This document shows positions 24,503-38,500 of a stretch of DNA of 64,000 nucleotides, one piece after another. The DNA lies in contig NW_003526948.1 in NCBI RefSeq assembly GCF_000181795.1, positions 207,006-271,005 of the forward strand, in the 5' to 3' direction. Position 1 is the first letter of the stretch, and every line of letters begins with the position of its first letter. Under the pieces are notes generated by a model. It did not search any database and was not told the DNA's origin. It worked only from the letters and a program-made list of their open reading frames with translations. Origin of the DNA: Trichinella spiralis. Lineage: Eukaryota. The position numbers were made by a program, and so were the translations under genes.

Positions 24503-26747
24503 TTAAACAAGTGTAGAAAGATTTTTGCTATTCGTTGATTTTTCTGTCTTGGTGTTTTCAGTTGTAGGGGATGTTTTAGGAACCTCGCGCTCAGATCCAG
24601 GTTGCAAGTGGCCGCAAGAAATGGAATAAACCGCAAAGCAAAGGCAAACTAATACAAGCAATAGTGCCGTTGCTAGTACTACGGTAGTAACGGTTCCTGT
24701 CACTGTACTTGAGGATGTGAAAGTGTGACCAAACAAGGCTTGCAAATAAACAATCACAGCTGCAAGAAAATGCTCTTTCATAACAAAGAAAAGTGTAAAA
24801 CTATATAAACATGCAGTAGATTTGCACGAAGATGAACACCATCAATATACATACATACATACATACATACATACATACATACTCACCCAATATTAAAAGA
24901 GGAACGCTGATAAAAAATCCAGAATGGCTCAAAAATCGCAAGTAGACGGACTGACGGCGAAATTTGATAATGCTGCGTTTAAATTGTTTGATTTTGATAT
25001 TTATCAAGTAAAATAAAAAATAAATAAAATAATTTTTACTTTGAATAGAGATCGTTGGCTTGGAATGAGTTAAATCGTTGAGCAGCTTTCAAGAGCAAAT
25101 AGCATTCAAGAAAAGACGTGAACAAGGCACACAATGAACCGGACAATGAAATCAAGCATAAAGCCATCGCCAAATTGTTAATCACCTCTTCAGAAACAAT
25201 TCCAAATGATTCCAATGTATAATAACTATTTTCAGTCGACTTTGAAAACTGCCTACCAGGCGGGGTTTCTTTGATAACCGAAGGAAATGCGCTGTTGGCA
25301 GAGGAATCATCTAAAAAAATTCACCATTTTGTAATTTTCCTGTAAACCTTGCCAACACATTATTTATACAAAGCAAACAAGCGAACGAACAGTGAAAATG
25401 AGTACAGAAGAAATGAATTTCAAGTTCAAAACACTTACTGTTAGCAATGTGAAAAAACAGTAACAACGACAAAATGGATACAACTGCCGATGGTAGGCCA
25501 AGAGTAAATAAAGAGGCCATTGTAGCGATGAAATTCCTACCAGTGCACGAATGCAGCAGCATGCTTTGCTGTCGATCCCAGTAGCGTACAGATTCTGAAG
25601 AAGATTTACCTGGTCGGGTTGAATTTGGACAAGCAAGAATAGTGGACGAGCTTTCAGGACGACGGATATCAGTTATTGGTTCCAGCTTAAATTTTCGTAC
25701 CCTGGGCAGTAGTTCAACGTGAGGAAGCAATCGTCGACCGTCATCATCGTCCATCACTGCAGGCGACCAGCGATTGCTGTCACCTGCAGGTGATAATAAA
25801 ATTGATGCTGGAGAACGTTTTACTGTTGTTGATGACGCTTCGAGAGAGTTGTTCAAATAAAACTGATCGTTCTGACACAACGATGACATCGTCGAATCGA
25901 CCGCACCTCTACGCCAAGAAAAGCGAGAACTCGACCGAGTGGGCACGGTCCGCTTCAATGTTCCACCTCCAATGTACTGATGACGCAGCATGCTCTCCTT
26001 CTCTGGATCAATACCCATTATCCATACTGAATAATATAATGAACAAATAATCAAACAGTACATAAATAATACACAGATTCACTTCAAACAAGAATAAGAA
26101 ACATCTTAAAGACCAAAATCTTATCCATTTGACATTATTAACAAAATTCTCAAAAGCCCAAACAACAAACTCTATATCCTAATTTAGCGCGCTATGTTTG
26201 TTGCATGGCTTTTATTGCTAAATAAAAGAAGTACAAATGGTAATAGCTTCTTTGTCTAAAGAAATCTTCAGGATGAAATATCTATTGTGAATCATTGCTG
26301 AGAATGTTAGAAAAACAGAGTATTAGACAATTTGACTGACATTCAGATATTCAGAATAGAATTTCTTTACAATAATTAGAAAAAGAAAACGATTTAAAAG
26401 AGAAAAATCCTACCGTTCTAGAGGCATATGAATAATTCTGTACAAACTGCATAGAGTTCCGCCATAAATAAGTAAATTTATACATATATATATAATAAAA
26501 CTATGAACGCAAACAGAGAAGGAGAGAGAGAGAGAGAGAGTGGTGAAATTCCATCCAAAAGTAATTGAAATCTGATGCCAACTGAAACAGTGTAATTTTT
26601 ACAGATTACTATTACTCAGTTTAGTAAAATATAATGAAAAAAAGTAATCATAATTTTCTACGTAAAATTGAAAAAAAACGATGATTACTGTTTAAAAAGC
26701 ATTTTACCATCGTTTGAAATTTGTTCTTCCACGTGTAACGAAGCCAT
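24503..26747 (-). CDS. TMEM221: Jiraiya/TMEM221-family four-pass membrane protein (~413 aa)
   Basis: Exons 26747-26708, 26026-25439, 25310-25040, 24972-24887 and 24759-24503 splice in frame. Four hydrophobic segments: MASLFTLGLPSAVVSILSLLLFF, LAMALCLISLSGSLCALFTSFLECYL, LRFLSHSGFFISVPLLILAVIVYLQALF, TVVLATALLLVLVCLCFAVYSI. The C-terminus STLV matches vertebrate TMEM221 as I recall it. Confidence 0.72.
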
Positions 26748-27187
26748 TTAGTTGCAAATATTGGAAAATGCTCAACGTTCACGGAAAACAAGAGAGAAGA
26801 AGCACTGATTGATTGACAAGGTGCGCTTCACAATGGAAAAAGAACAAACAAAGTTCAATAGTAAAATAAAATTCATCCCCATGTACATTGGGGTTAAATC
26901 TCAAAAACGATCTATAATTTTGTGAAGAATCGAGCTTTCCCTTGTTTTTTATTGCTTTGTTGGTTGCAGTAAAAACAAGGCAGCATGTAGTAAACAGTGA
27001 AACAAGCTAGTTCGAGAAAACTTGGATCGCGTTCACTGAGCGTGAAAAAAGTACGTATGACTCACTACTGACAATTTGTCATTTTAGACTGACACTGGAA
27101 TTTCATGCCGAAACAAGATCACCATCGCTATGTGATATTTTGTTTCAAAACTGGATATGAAAAATATCAGTTATTAAAAATTATTGT

Positions 27188-27222
<35 letters not shown>

Positions 27223-29567
27223 TTCTCAACAACAACAGTACTAACTAATTCAGCAATTTAATCTCGATCGATTGAAATTCAAATGACTCGTCAGTTTACA
27301 AAAAATGAAATAAAATTTAAAAGCTAAAAAAAGATAATGCTTGTCAAAAAATATATGAAAAATATGAATTAGCATGTATTTTACAAGTGTGTTCAATGCA
27401 ACTTTCTGTTTAGAAAAAAGAAAGCCTATTTTGATTTAGCTATTTATAAAATTTTAAACTGTTGCATTTTTCGTGAATGATACTTCACCAATCAGTGGCT
27501 GTAGATAAATGAAGATTGAAACTGACAAATACAAGTGAATATTTGGCAAAATCATACATACTTCAGCTCCACGTTCAATTTATCAATTTCTATCAATTCT
27601 CATAATTTTTTTTACAAACAACACGTTCTGCACCAAAAATTGCTGATAATTAGAGAACTTTTCGTGAACATTTCACAAAAATAAAGCCGCCCAATTGATA
27701 ATATTAACAAATATTCGAAGAGCCAAAAAAAGAAAGAAAACGTTGATCAGAAATATAAATTTTGCAAAAGTTGATGAATCAAAATTAATTAAAAAGCAAA
27801 AAAACAGTATCACAGAAACAAAGAAATCATTGATTCAATAAAGCATTATCAATAAGAAGTAAATGGCTTACTCGAGCAATGAAAAGTCGCTAATAAACAG
27901 CACAACTGACTGCAGTATGCCACGGAGATCGACTGAGCGTTAGTTACACTGACCACTTTAAAGCCGCAGCACTTGCACAAATGCGATGCCTTTTTGCAGT
28001 TGCAAACTGAATGAATCACATTAAATTTAAATATAAAAACGAAATCAAAAAAAATTTCACTCGTAAAACGCGAAATCCAAAAAAGAAAAAAGAAGCAATC
28101 ACAACAGAGTATGGTAGCAGTGGTTTAGTAGTTAGTGAATTAGTTCAGTCAGTCAGTTAGCAGAAATAGCTGTGTTTACGATTAGGACTGCTGAAAAAGG
28201 CAATCACTTCCGCCAGCTTAGGGGACATGGAAAGCATAAAATACCACAGTCGAGAACATAATCTGACCTCTGGTCGACTTGCTTGCTGTTGATTCGATAC
28301 AATTCATCTTTTAACTTTCGACTTTACGTATGTCTGTTTGTCTGCTTCTATACCACTCCGTCATTGTCTGTATGCCTGTTTATTAACAGAGAAAGCGGCT
28401 GTTTCGGTCACGGTCAGGCCAAAGCTAAAAGCTTTTGTTGCAACTGCCGAGCGTCGTTCATGGTCGTCAGCAAAGCAATACACTGCTGCTTTATTCCTTA
28501 TTGTTCCATTGTTGTGGTCGATTGAAATTGACAATTCCATCTTCATATGTAGCCTACCTCCACAACCTTGACCATTTGTCAAAAAGACAAGAAAGCAAGA
28601 GATATGAAATTGTTGTCATTGTACCAGCAGGGCAACATTTTTCGCCTGCTTCACGAACGTCATTCAAACAGGTATGTATCCGTTGTCTGACAAAAATAAC
28701 CATCCCGTTCGTCTACTGCTTACTTATTTAGCTGGTAGCATGTTTCAATTGAAACTGAAAAATATGCTATTTTTGAAAAAAAAGCAATGGAAAAAGAAAT
28801 GCATTTTCAAAAGTTGCCACTGATGAAATTTCCACTTTTACACCTATTGCACTTTTCTCACAGTCGCAAAAAATTGCATTTTCCATTGCAAAATTTTGGA
28901 AGACTTTTCAAAAAACAGGCAAAAAACGTGCATTCCATTCCACCACCATGCCAAGATGATATTTTGGAAAAATCCCTACTCACCGACCTTTCAACGCACA
29001 GAGTACACAGTTCGACTAGACCACTGGGCGTATCCACAACGCGGGCCGACCTTTCCAAAACTGGTCATTCGTTAATTCCACAGGAATGTTTACTGTCCAA
29101 TCAATCAATTTATCAATCAGCTAAACGCAATGCTTTCACACTTTATAAGCAAATCAGTGAAACGTTTTCTTATTCTGTTATTCAGTTTGAAACGGATAAT
29201 TTCCTAAATATGCAAAGAAAGCCAATGATCAGACATCATACTGGAAAACAATTCACATTGGAATAATAATAAATTTACATCATCAATTCAAATGCTTCTT
29301 CTTCAGTGCAGCTGACCCAAGTGAGTGAGTTACTTGCTGAACACGAATTTTCACCACGAAACAATTTAGAAGAAAAACACGCACCTACACAGTGTGTCTC
29401 ACAGTGCTAAAATTGTTGCAAACAGCTGCCGACAAATATCATATGGACTTCTTAATAATAAAAAGTAAATTTGAATATTCACTTTTAATTTAATTATGAA
29501 CAAATAAACAGAATCGAATTTTGAAAATTGAACAACAAACTGCCATCATTGTGACAGCAAGTGCAAA

Positions 29568-32500
29568 TTAATAGGCTTCATGCGTTTCTGACATTACTGC
29601 ATGGTACAAATATTGCGCCTCTGCTGACAATTTGGCATTTTCCAGCTGCTGGATCACTTTTTGGAAAACGTCAGAGTCTCCACTTTGGACAATACTCTTA
29701 ACAAGCGCTTTCCAAATTGGTTCACCAACTATATGAGGAACACAATTTCGAGTAATAATCGCGGAAAGCAGTTCATCACTCCAGTTGTACTGCAACAATC
29801 ATCAAACATGTTGATAAAAAAGATTACGTTTAGAGATAAAATTCAAAAATGTAAAATGCGTAAAACGTACTTCTACCGGTGCACTAGAAACAGCCTGCAT
29901 AAAGTGTTCTTTAAAACCGTATTTCAACGCGTAAAACGCAACCTTTTGCAAATAGCCATTTTCCTTGAAATGGAAAAAGATACGTTCCCAAATCTGCAAG
30001 CAAATAAAATAAAATAATTGTTCCATTAAATGACAAGATATATGCTGTTCATGCAACATTTACCTTACTGTTCAACAGACCCTCGTCTGTCAGCTTAGCT
30101 ATCAACTTGCCAACTTCATTCTCAGAGCCCCATTTGTCAATAACACGGCCAACAAATTCAAGTAACAACTCTTCATGATAAGTATCGCTAAAAATAAATG
30201 AAAAGGAACATCAACAACTTTCAATAATGATTCGTGAAGTATTTTCTCCATTTTCCCTTAGAAAGTCCCTATACCGATGAAGTAATAAGTAATATGCAAA
30301 AATAGTAAAAAAAAAGGATGCTGGAAAGTACGTGAAAATAAACTGAACAGTTTAAAATAAAATTCTGCTCTGTTGCATCTGAAATTAAAACATTTATAAA
30401 GCATTCAGTTGACAATGATTACATTACTCAGCGATGATAATCTGCTTAGATTTTAATACAAACATCATCAGATGGTGAAAAGAAATTTACTCTGTGTCTT
30501 GCTGATGATGAACATTTCATTCAAGTAGTAAAAACTTCAACAAAAAAAATTCCTGAAATAAAAATCTGCTCACCGCATCGCTAAATGGAACTGCAATCGA
30601 AAACTACTGAAAATGTCGATAAAGCAGTCTGCCTGTGAAATTGTATCCACTTTCGTTAGAAGTTGAGCAAGAAACTTATCCCGTTCTTCTTTGTCAGTCA
30701 TACAGATCCGTTCGAACTGGAATACAATAATTAATACATAAATGTATACAAGCTGAAAAAGCATTCTTGTTAAAACTGAGGAATATCATGGAAATTTTTA
30801 TACGATGTTATAATTCAATTTTCACAAATTCAAAAATAATGCTCTCATTTCTACTTTGCATCATCCAAACTGATTCGATCCATTATAAGATCTGACAATT
30901 ATAAGAATACAGTTTACAAATACTCACCGTCACATCCTTCCAGCAATTTTCTACGATCAATTTCAAGTATTCATACTGCTCTTTGTCCAGCTTCCGTTTC
31001 TCGAGTACATCTATTCCGCGACGCTGCAAATCATCCGCATAATGTTCATCATCTTCCACACCATCATCAAAACATTCATCTTCATCGTCGTTTTCAAATT
31101 TCAATTCATCATCCCAACTAGCTGATTCTTCCAACAACGCCGCAACATTGGACAGGTCAGAATCGTGAAATTTCTTATAATAACGTTCGATTAGTTTAAT
31201 ATCACGCAATTGGTTTCTTCCACTGCTAGCTTTGCGACACTTTCTGAATATCCTTTCAGCATTATTCAACCTAAACAATTCGCATGCATCTACAGGGCTA
31301 AAAGAACAACGACGTAAAATTGCAAAATGAAAAACCGTTGATGTTCGTTTTCAAGAACATTCAAAGCACTTTTGCAAATAATGCTGCTCCTGCACTGTTC
31401 ATACAATAGCGACAAGTGGAAGATTTTCATATGCACAGCATCGGTAAACCAACTTGAAACCATGTCCACAAACTATAAATAAAATTAAACATCGCTCGAA
31501 GCGAACAACAACAACTACTACTATGAACTTACACTTTCCTTGTTCGAAGCGAGCAGCAACATAATTTCATACAAAGCTTCAAAATCAGAATCAGAAATGA
31601 CCGAAAATTCATTGACATGCTCGTAAAAGAACAAATATTCTTCTACAGGGAATTCACTTTCACTATAAAATGAAAAAATCTGAATTCTATTGCATATCTG
31701 AAACATCCATATTAAGCATGGGAACAAACAATAAGATAAACAATGAAAGAATAGTGCAAACAAAAAATTGCAGCCACACATTATTAATCTCACGACTGTG
31801 AAAAAAAATATCATAAAGAACACAATGAATAAATATACTTTGGTGTGTGGAGGAAAGCTGCACGCAAATGTTCACAAAAATCCTTTGCAACGAATGACGT
31901 TGTTTGCTGAAAAAAGAGCAAAAGCTGAAAATTTTAGCAGAGTGGAAATTATTCTGAAATACTGATTTCTTTACTAGATCTCTTCGGCAAATGGGTGAAA
32001 ATAAAACCGACGCGGCGAACGTTGCAATGCCTTCCGGAGAAAGCTTGCAAATAGCATTTTTCGACATCTGAAGCGCTTGAACTGCTTCAACCTTAAAAAT
32101 TGAAACAGAATTTCATTTTCCTTTCCTTCAACTATCTGCTTCACACGCAATCTGCATCAACAATTGCAATATTTTGCAACTTTTATGAATTGATGATAAA
32201 CACATTTACTATGAAAAAAGAATACCCCCCCCCTGTTGATCTTTGGTCAAACTGAAATGCTTGCTATTCATCAAAATTATTTACGTTTTTACGAATCGAA
32301 GGTTATCTGTCTGTATTAAAAACAAAAAGCATACAAATTTTAAAATCCGATGATCATATTTAAAATATTAAAAATTTTTCAATCAGAATAAGGCAATCAA
32401 ACAATTTTACCCTCTTTCCGTGTTCAAGGAAACATTTCGTAGCCCAAGTGACCGACAAGTCACTGTCTGAAATTTCCTGAAATAAACAGAGAAATTTTTT

Positions 32501-35500
32501 CAAAATAAAATTATCATTATCATCCAAAGTAGAATAATTACGATAATTACAAAAAATACTTTGCAATTCTTTGCTGGACATTTAAAGCAAATAAACAGCA
32601 AAGTAGCAATTAAATGAAATGAAATAAAAATTTTATACCTACGCACAAACAAATTTCAGATAAATATATATTCGAAAAAAAATATAAATAGTATTATAAA
32701 TAAAAGTGACTTTTTACTTTTTCCGGAAATGTATGCAAGATTTTCGTAATCTCCACAATATTTTTCTCAGTCAAGCAAGGCAATAAACATGCCAACAAAT
32801 TACCCGGCTTAGCTGACATCAACAGCTTATAATCAATACCTAAAATATAAAAAATAAGAAATATACTGCGCAGTTTTGTCTTTCTTTCAACAGCTTATTT
32901 ACAAAAGTCATGATCTTTTAATTTTTTCAATACGGAGCGATGTTTAGCCGCCACATGCAATGCTTTTGTCGTCGGCTTTAAAATAGCGTTGGCAATCGAA
33001 TTTGCTTTCTTCAATATCCCAAAATACAACATGAGAGTATTGTAATCAGTGCCATCAATAAGCGGCAAAACATTAACCCTCATGCGATACGAAAACAACT
33101 GCAGATGAGAGACCAATGATATATACGGAGTCCATTTTTCAATACTGTTGTTCAATTCTTGAGAGTTCAACCTACATGATCGACATACTGAATAAATCAG
33201 TCAATAATAGAAAAAAAAATCCTCTACTTTACCTACAACCAACAAAAAGAAATTCTAAATGCGCCATACTGATCTCCCACTGAGAAATGTTACATTTTTT
33301 ACCCAATTCTACAGCGAAATCGTAAAATTTCGATCTGAAAATTAAAAATAAAATATTAATTTTTCATCCTAATTTCTAACAGCACTACAACAAGCTAAAA
33401 AGAACTGACGATAAAATGAAATTGCCTGAACACTACTTTCACAAAGCACTACTCACAAGCGGATAATAAAATTCACTTACGCTGCCCAGCCTAGTACAAT
33501 TTTACGACGATATTCTTCATCTTTGAAAAATTCCATTACATCCACCTCTAAAAAAATGAAACTTCAGTTTCAACCATAGCATATAATATAATAAAGTTGA
33601 AACAAAATATTACAGAATATTAGACTAAAGAATACTATTTTTGTACATATCGTCAGCACAGCACACAACTTTTCAACGGTAATATAAATTACAGATCAAA
33701 AAACATCAAACTGGCTTACCTTCAGACTGCTGCTCAGGATTTGTCAAGCCTAAGCTAAGCTGATTCAACCAACGTTTAACATCTTCAAAAAATGGCGACT
33801 CCTCACGAATAAGTCGAGGCAAAAGCAGCTGAACAACTTCCAGTGGAGACATATTTGTCAGTTTTTCCATCGGAAGTTGACAATGCATTCCAAATTTGAA
33901 ACAATAATAGTACAGCATGAAATCGATCATCGGTTTATCGGGAGAAAAATTTTCAATACACTGTTCGACAATATCCTTTTGGTCAAGAGACAACAGAATA
34001 TAGATCGCCTCCTGCAAGTCATTTTGGAAAATAAATACCAAAGTAGGTACAAAGTTCGGATGATCATAATCCAGTTGACCATTGTCTTTTTTGGGCAATG
34101 TAAAATTGTACAAGTGCTCTGACGATCCACCGTAGAATCTGTTCACTGACCACGTGAACGGCAATGGTGGTGAATCTTTTTTTGCAGAAACACTCTCATG
34201 TTCCTCGAGTAAATCTGCAACCTGCTGGCCCATATCCATTAGTTCATCCAGACAATTCTCATTACAATGTTTACAAGTGAAATGGAAAATGCGCATAAGT
34301 GATTGCAGAATAATTCTGTTAAGCTTGAAATCTTTGCTTTCTGATTTCAGCAAATCACGCAAGAGCTTGTAGGCAATTTCCCAACCGTCGGGAGAGTCCA
34401 GATCTGCAATTTTACCACAATAGGACAAACAAATCGGATAATCTTGTACAGTATGCGCTTGAACCGCGCAGCTGATGAGCAATGTGTCACTTAAATTGTC
34501 AATCAAACGGTTTGCAAAAACACTTTTAAGCAATACAAATAGTTTAGATAAATCTTTGTAAGCTGTCGAAGAAAGCTGAAATATTTCGTTGATGAAGTCG
34601 GTAACAGAGCCGTTGTTACTGCGAAAGAATTGGAGCCGTTGGGGTCGCAATTGCGCATCAATGCCATTGAGCAAATGCAAAATATCGATGGCTTTCTTCA
34701 GGTACAACAACTCATCGGATGGATTGTCGCAAACTATATCAAAGCATAAGAGTGCGCATTTCAATGGTTGAAAGGTTGAGTAGTTGAACAAATTCACGTA
34801 AAACTGCATTGCAGAAAGCACCAGTTCATACGCGTCACTGTAATCCAACTTTTTCACATGCCTATTAAAAAAACAATGACATAACTTAATAAATTTACAA
34901 CTGGATAATCGCAACATGAATAAAGCGATAATGTAAAAACGTTTTTCCATTCATTTATACTACACGATACAGCATGATACAAGTAAGCTTTTATGAAATG
35001 TATACATCAGGCAAACTAAGGTGCAATATGATTAAGATTGATTATACAAAATTATTCCCCTATATCAGTCAGATAAAACAAAAGAAGAAAAAAAAAGAAT
35101 TACCCACAAAGATGCAAATCACTGCTCTTCTGCACTTCATGGCTAGAAGTTGGAGGCGTTTGGGAACAAGAGTTATGCTGCTGCTCATGAGCCAGTACAG
35201 ATTGTGTCGCAAAAAATGATGGAACTATTTTGATTAATTTTTCACTCTTCGAATTCAGTAAACAAGAGACGAACAATTTTACAGTGAAATGGGATGTCAC
35301 ACAAAAATTCGCATCTTCAATTAGGTCGATAAAAAAGTCCAATATTTTCACACAGTCTTCATAATTTGCCTGCTTCTTCAGCAATTCGTGCTGCACGGCT
35401 TTGGGTATCCAATCGCGAAGCAGCCCTTCGGCCGTGGTCCTGTCCAGTTGGGCTTTTTTGACAGCAGTGTAATTCACTTCAATGCCAAACTCAGCCAGAG

Positions 35501-38500
35501 CTTTGAAACACAACACGCTTTTTCGAATCGGGTTCAACTTTTCACAGTGACCAGAATCTTTCTCAAATGCTTGACCAACAGTTCGCATTATAGAATCTGC
35601 TGCATTGTGATCAAAAATGTCGCCACTTTTCAAAAATGCTTTGTCCAACAAAGTGGCAACGGAGACCACATTGTCCGGTAAAAGCAAATGCAAATTATGC
35701 CCCGCAATTCGAAACAGATCGTCCAAAAAATCCAACGACTTCTCAGCGCAGAGTAGTATCAACGTTTGCAAATATTCTTCGCTGCTTATTTTCAATTCCA
35801 CAGCACGGCATTTACAAAACGGCATTAAAACCTCTTCAACCAAATCAACTGTACATGTATCCTTTTCACTCTGCGTTAAAAAAATATAATATATTGAAAT
35901 TATCAAATTTACAAAAACACATCCCACCTTTCATATACATTGAAAAATTGTGCACTTTTAAATAAGTATTACAAATTCAATTTCTTACCAATTTCAAGAT
36001 TTTTTCAACTAATTCTACTACTGGAACTTTGCTTAAAGTTTCAAATGAAAAACGATGTTCGGTAAACAATTCATAATTTAACCAACCAAACATACGAAAA
36101 TCTGCTCTGAGAGAACTGAGCTCCTGAAAAAAAATCATAATCATCATTGAAATAAACTTACAATTTTAATAGCATATCTCAACAAACAAAACAATAAAAC
36201 TTCAACTGCCGATCAATAATCTCTATGTTCGAATTACAAAAATTCCATATTTAAGTGAACGTGAACATTTCTTACCATAAATCCACCATTCTCAACAGCG
36301 AAAGTTAAAATATTTTCAGCTAATTCTGGTAAATGAGTTTGCATTTCAATTTCTTTACTTCGCCATTCGTACCAATTCACCAATATGCTACGGTCAGGCA
36401 ATTCACTATCCAGGCTGCAAAAAACCTCGCACAGAAAAAAAGTCAAACCGTATCACAGATTCAGTTGTAGTAAATCTTATAAAATGTTCATGCATTTTTT
36501 TATCAAAGCTTTTTGCTTCATATTAAAAAGGCACTTCAAATCTAATTTTATCATCTAATTCCTGACTTTCACAACAACAACAACAACAAAAATCATACCA
36601 AAAGTGTAACGATTCTTTAAATTTGGAAGTAAAATATTCCAACGATTCCGTATCAACACAGTCTGCAAAAAGTACATCGTCGGAAAATTTCAAATTTTCA
36701 ATTTTTTCTACTGGCAGAACTCTAGGTTGCATCACTGGCCGCGTGTGGCAATGGTCGGAAGTGCTGAAATGCAATCCAATTAACCAAATATGCTGTCACG
36801 TAAAATTAGTAGTAAAAAATTAAAAAAAAAACAATCCTCACGGCAAAAAGTGCTTGATCACGTTTATATCTTCTCCTTCAGGGATACTGCTAGCGATCAG
36901 CAGCCTTAAGTGGAAAAATCATCAATTTATAAAGTGTCGAAAAGTAAACAATTCTGTAAACAAATTGCACAAAAATTAATGATCAATTTATTAATTTTAT
37001 CTCACAATTAAAAGTAGCAGAACATAAGAATTAACAATTGCTACTGCTAATAATTACAGATATTCTACTAACCAGTATCTGTAGATATAGTTTGTATGTC
37101 GGAGAAACAAAATCCTCAATCCACTATAGAACGTATGCTAAAATAATAAACGCATATATTCATTTTAAAGTGAAAAAAAAACAAATAAAGCAAGCAACAA
37201 GACACAAACCCTGACAAAGCGCACAGCAAGCCATATTGGGTCTTTGTCACGCCACAGCAGCATTGTTTCTTTGAATTGTAAAAAGCTTCTCCAAAAAAAA
37301 TCATGAACACCTGATTCATTCGATTCCTGAACATAAAAAAAATATACCATTTCTAGATAATTTGAAACAGAATCTATTTACCAGGAGTATTTGCAAAATA
37401 TACCAGTAACGAACAATCTTGTGCAACAGATCAACAATAATGACTTCTTCAAATTCTCTAAAATACAAAAAAGTCAGCATTAACAACAATTTAAAAAATT
37501 ACAAAAAATAAAACAAGGAAAAAATATTCATTTCCAAACTGTTCAATCCATTTCCACAATAGTTATTCAAAAATATTTCATATGTCACGTCACATTTTTT
37601 CTCTTCTTCTTTTAAACATTATTATAATCGTAGAAATGACTACTGCTCATGGCATCTTTTCAAATAATAACTGTAGAACAATTTAAAATATTTACCCCGA
37701 ATCCAAAAGCCGGGCGCCAACGTTCATTCCATGAATTAATAAATGACAATAATCTTTAGCAGCATTTGGAACCTGCTCCGTGCACTGCTTTAAACACCAA
37801 AGCTCATCTCCAATAGGAGCCTGAAAATAATTACATTTTAAAATAATCATTGAGAAGAAACCATTAAAATAATAATTTCCATGCAACAAACAAAAGGTTT
37901 CACAGCACTGATTATCAAAAGGAAAGGTTACTTTAAATAAAACACTGTATTACAGTACAATACAGTACAGTATAGTACAGTACATGTCATTTTAACAAAC
38001 GCGGAAAGTTGATACAAAAATAATTATATAAAGCTATTAAAAAATAAAAATTGTCTTGCATTATTGTCAACTACATGCAAGCGACTGTAAACACTCATTT
38101 AAATAATTCAGGTAAAAATGTTTTACCAAAAAATGTTCAATCGCATTCCTATTGAAACGGCTCTCTTGCCAGAACTGCTTGTAAAAACTTTCCAACGGCT
38201 GCTTTGCATGGTCAGCAACTGCTTCAGCGCCCAAAACATCGCCCTCCATTAACTAAACGTAAAACAAATTTCCGAATAAATTTTGAAATTAATTTTTACT
38301 GTTTTCTTTTAAATCTTTTATAAATGAAAAATTCATTTCCGTGCGCAACAAACATTTTTCACCTTGGAATATACCAAGTTCGATGGGCTGATGGTCATTA
38401 TTTTCCACAAAATAGTTTCAATTACAACAGTTGAAGGGTACTTTATTTCATTGTACACCTCTCCAATAAATGAATATATCAACCATTTCAAGCAATGCAG

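Noticed and set aside
28787..29266. 159-aa + strand ORF between TMEM221 and NBAS
   Set aside because: No recognisable motif or splice structure; more likely UTR or promoter sequence.
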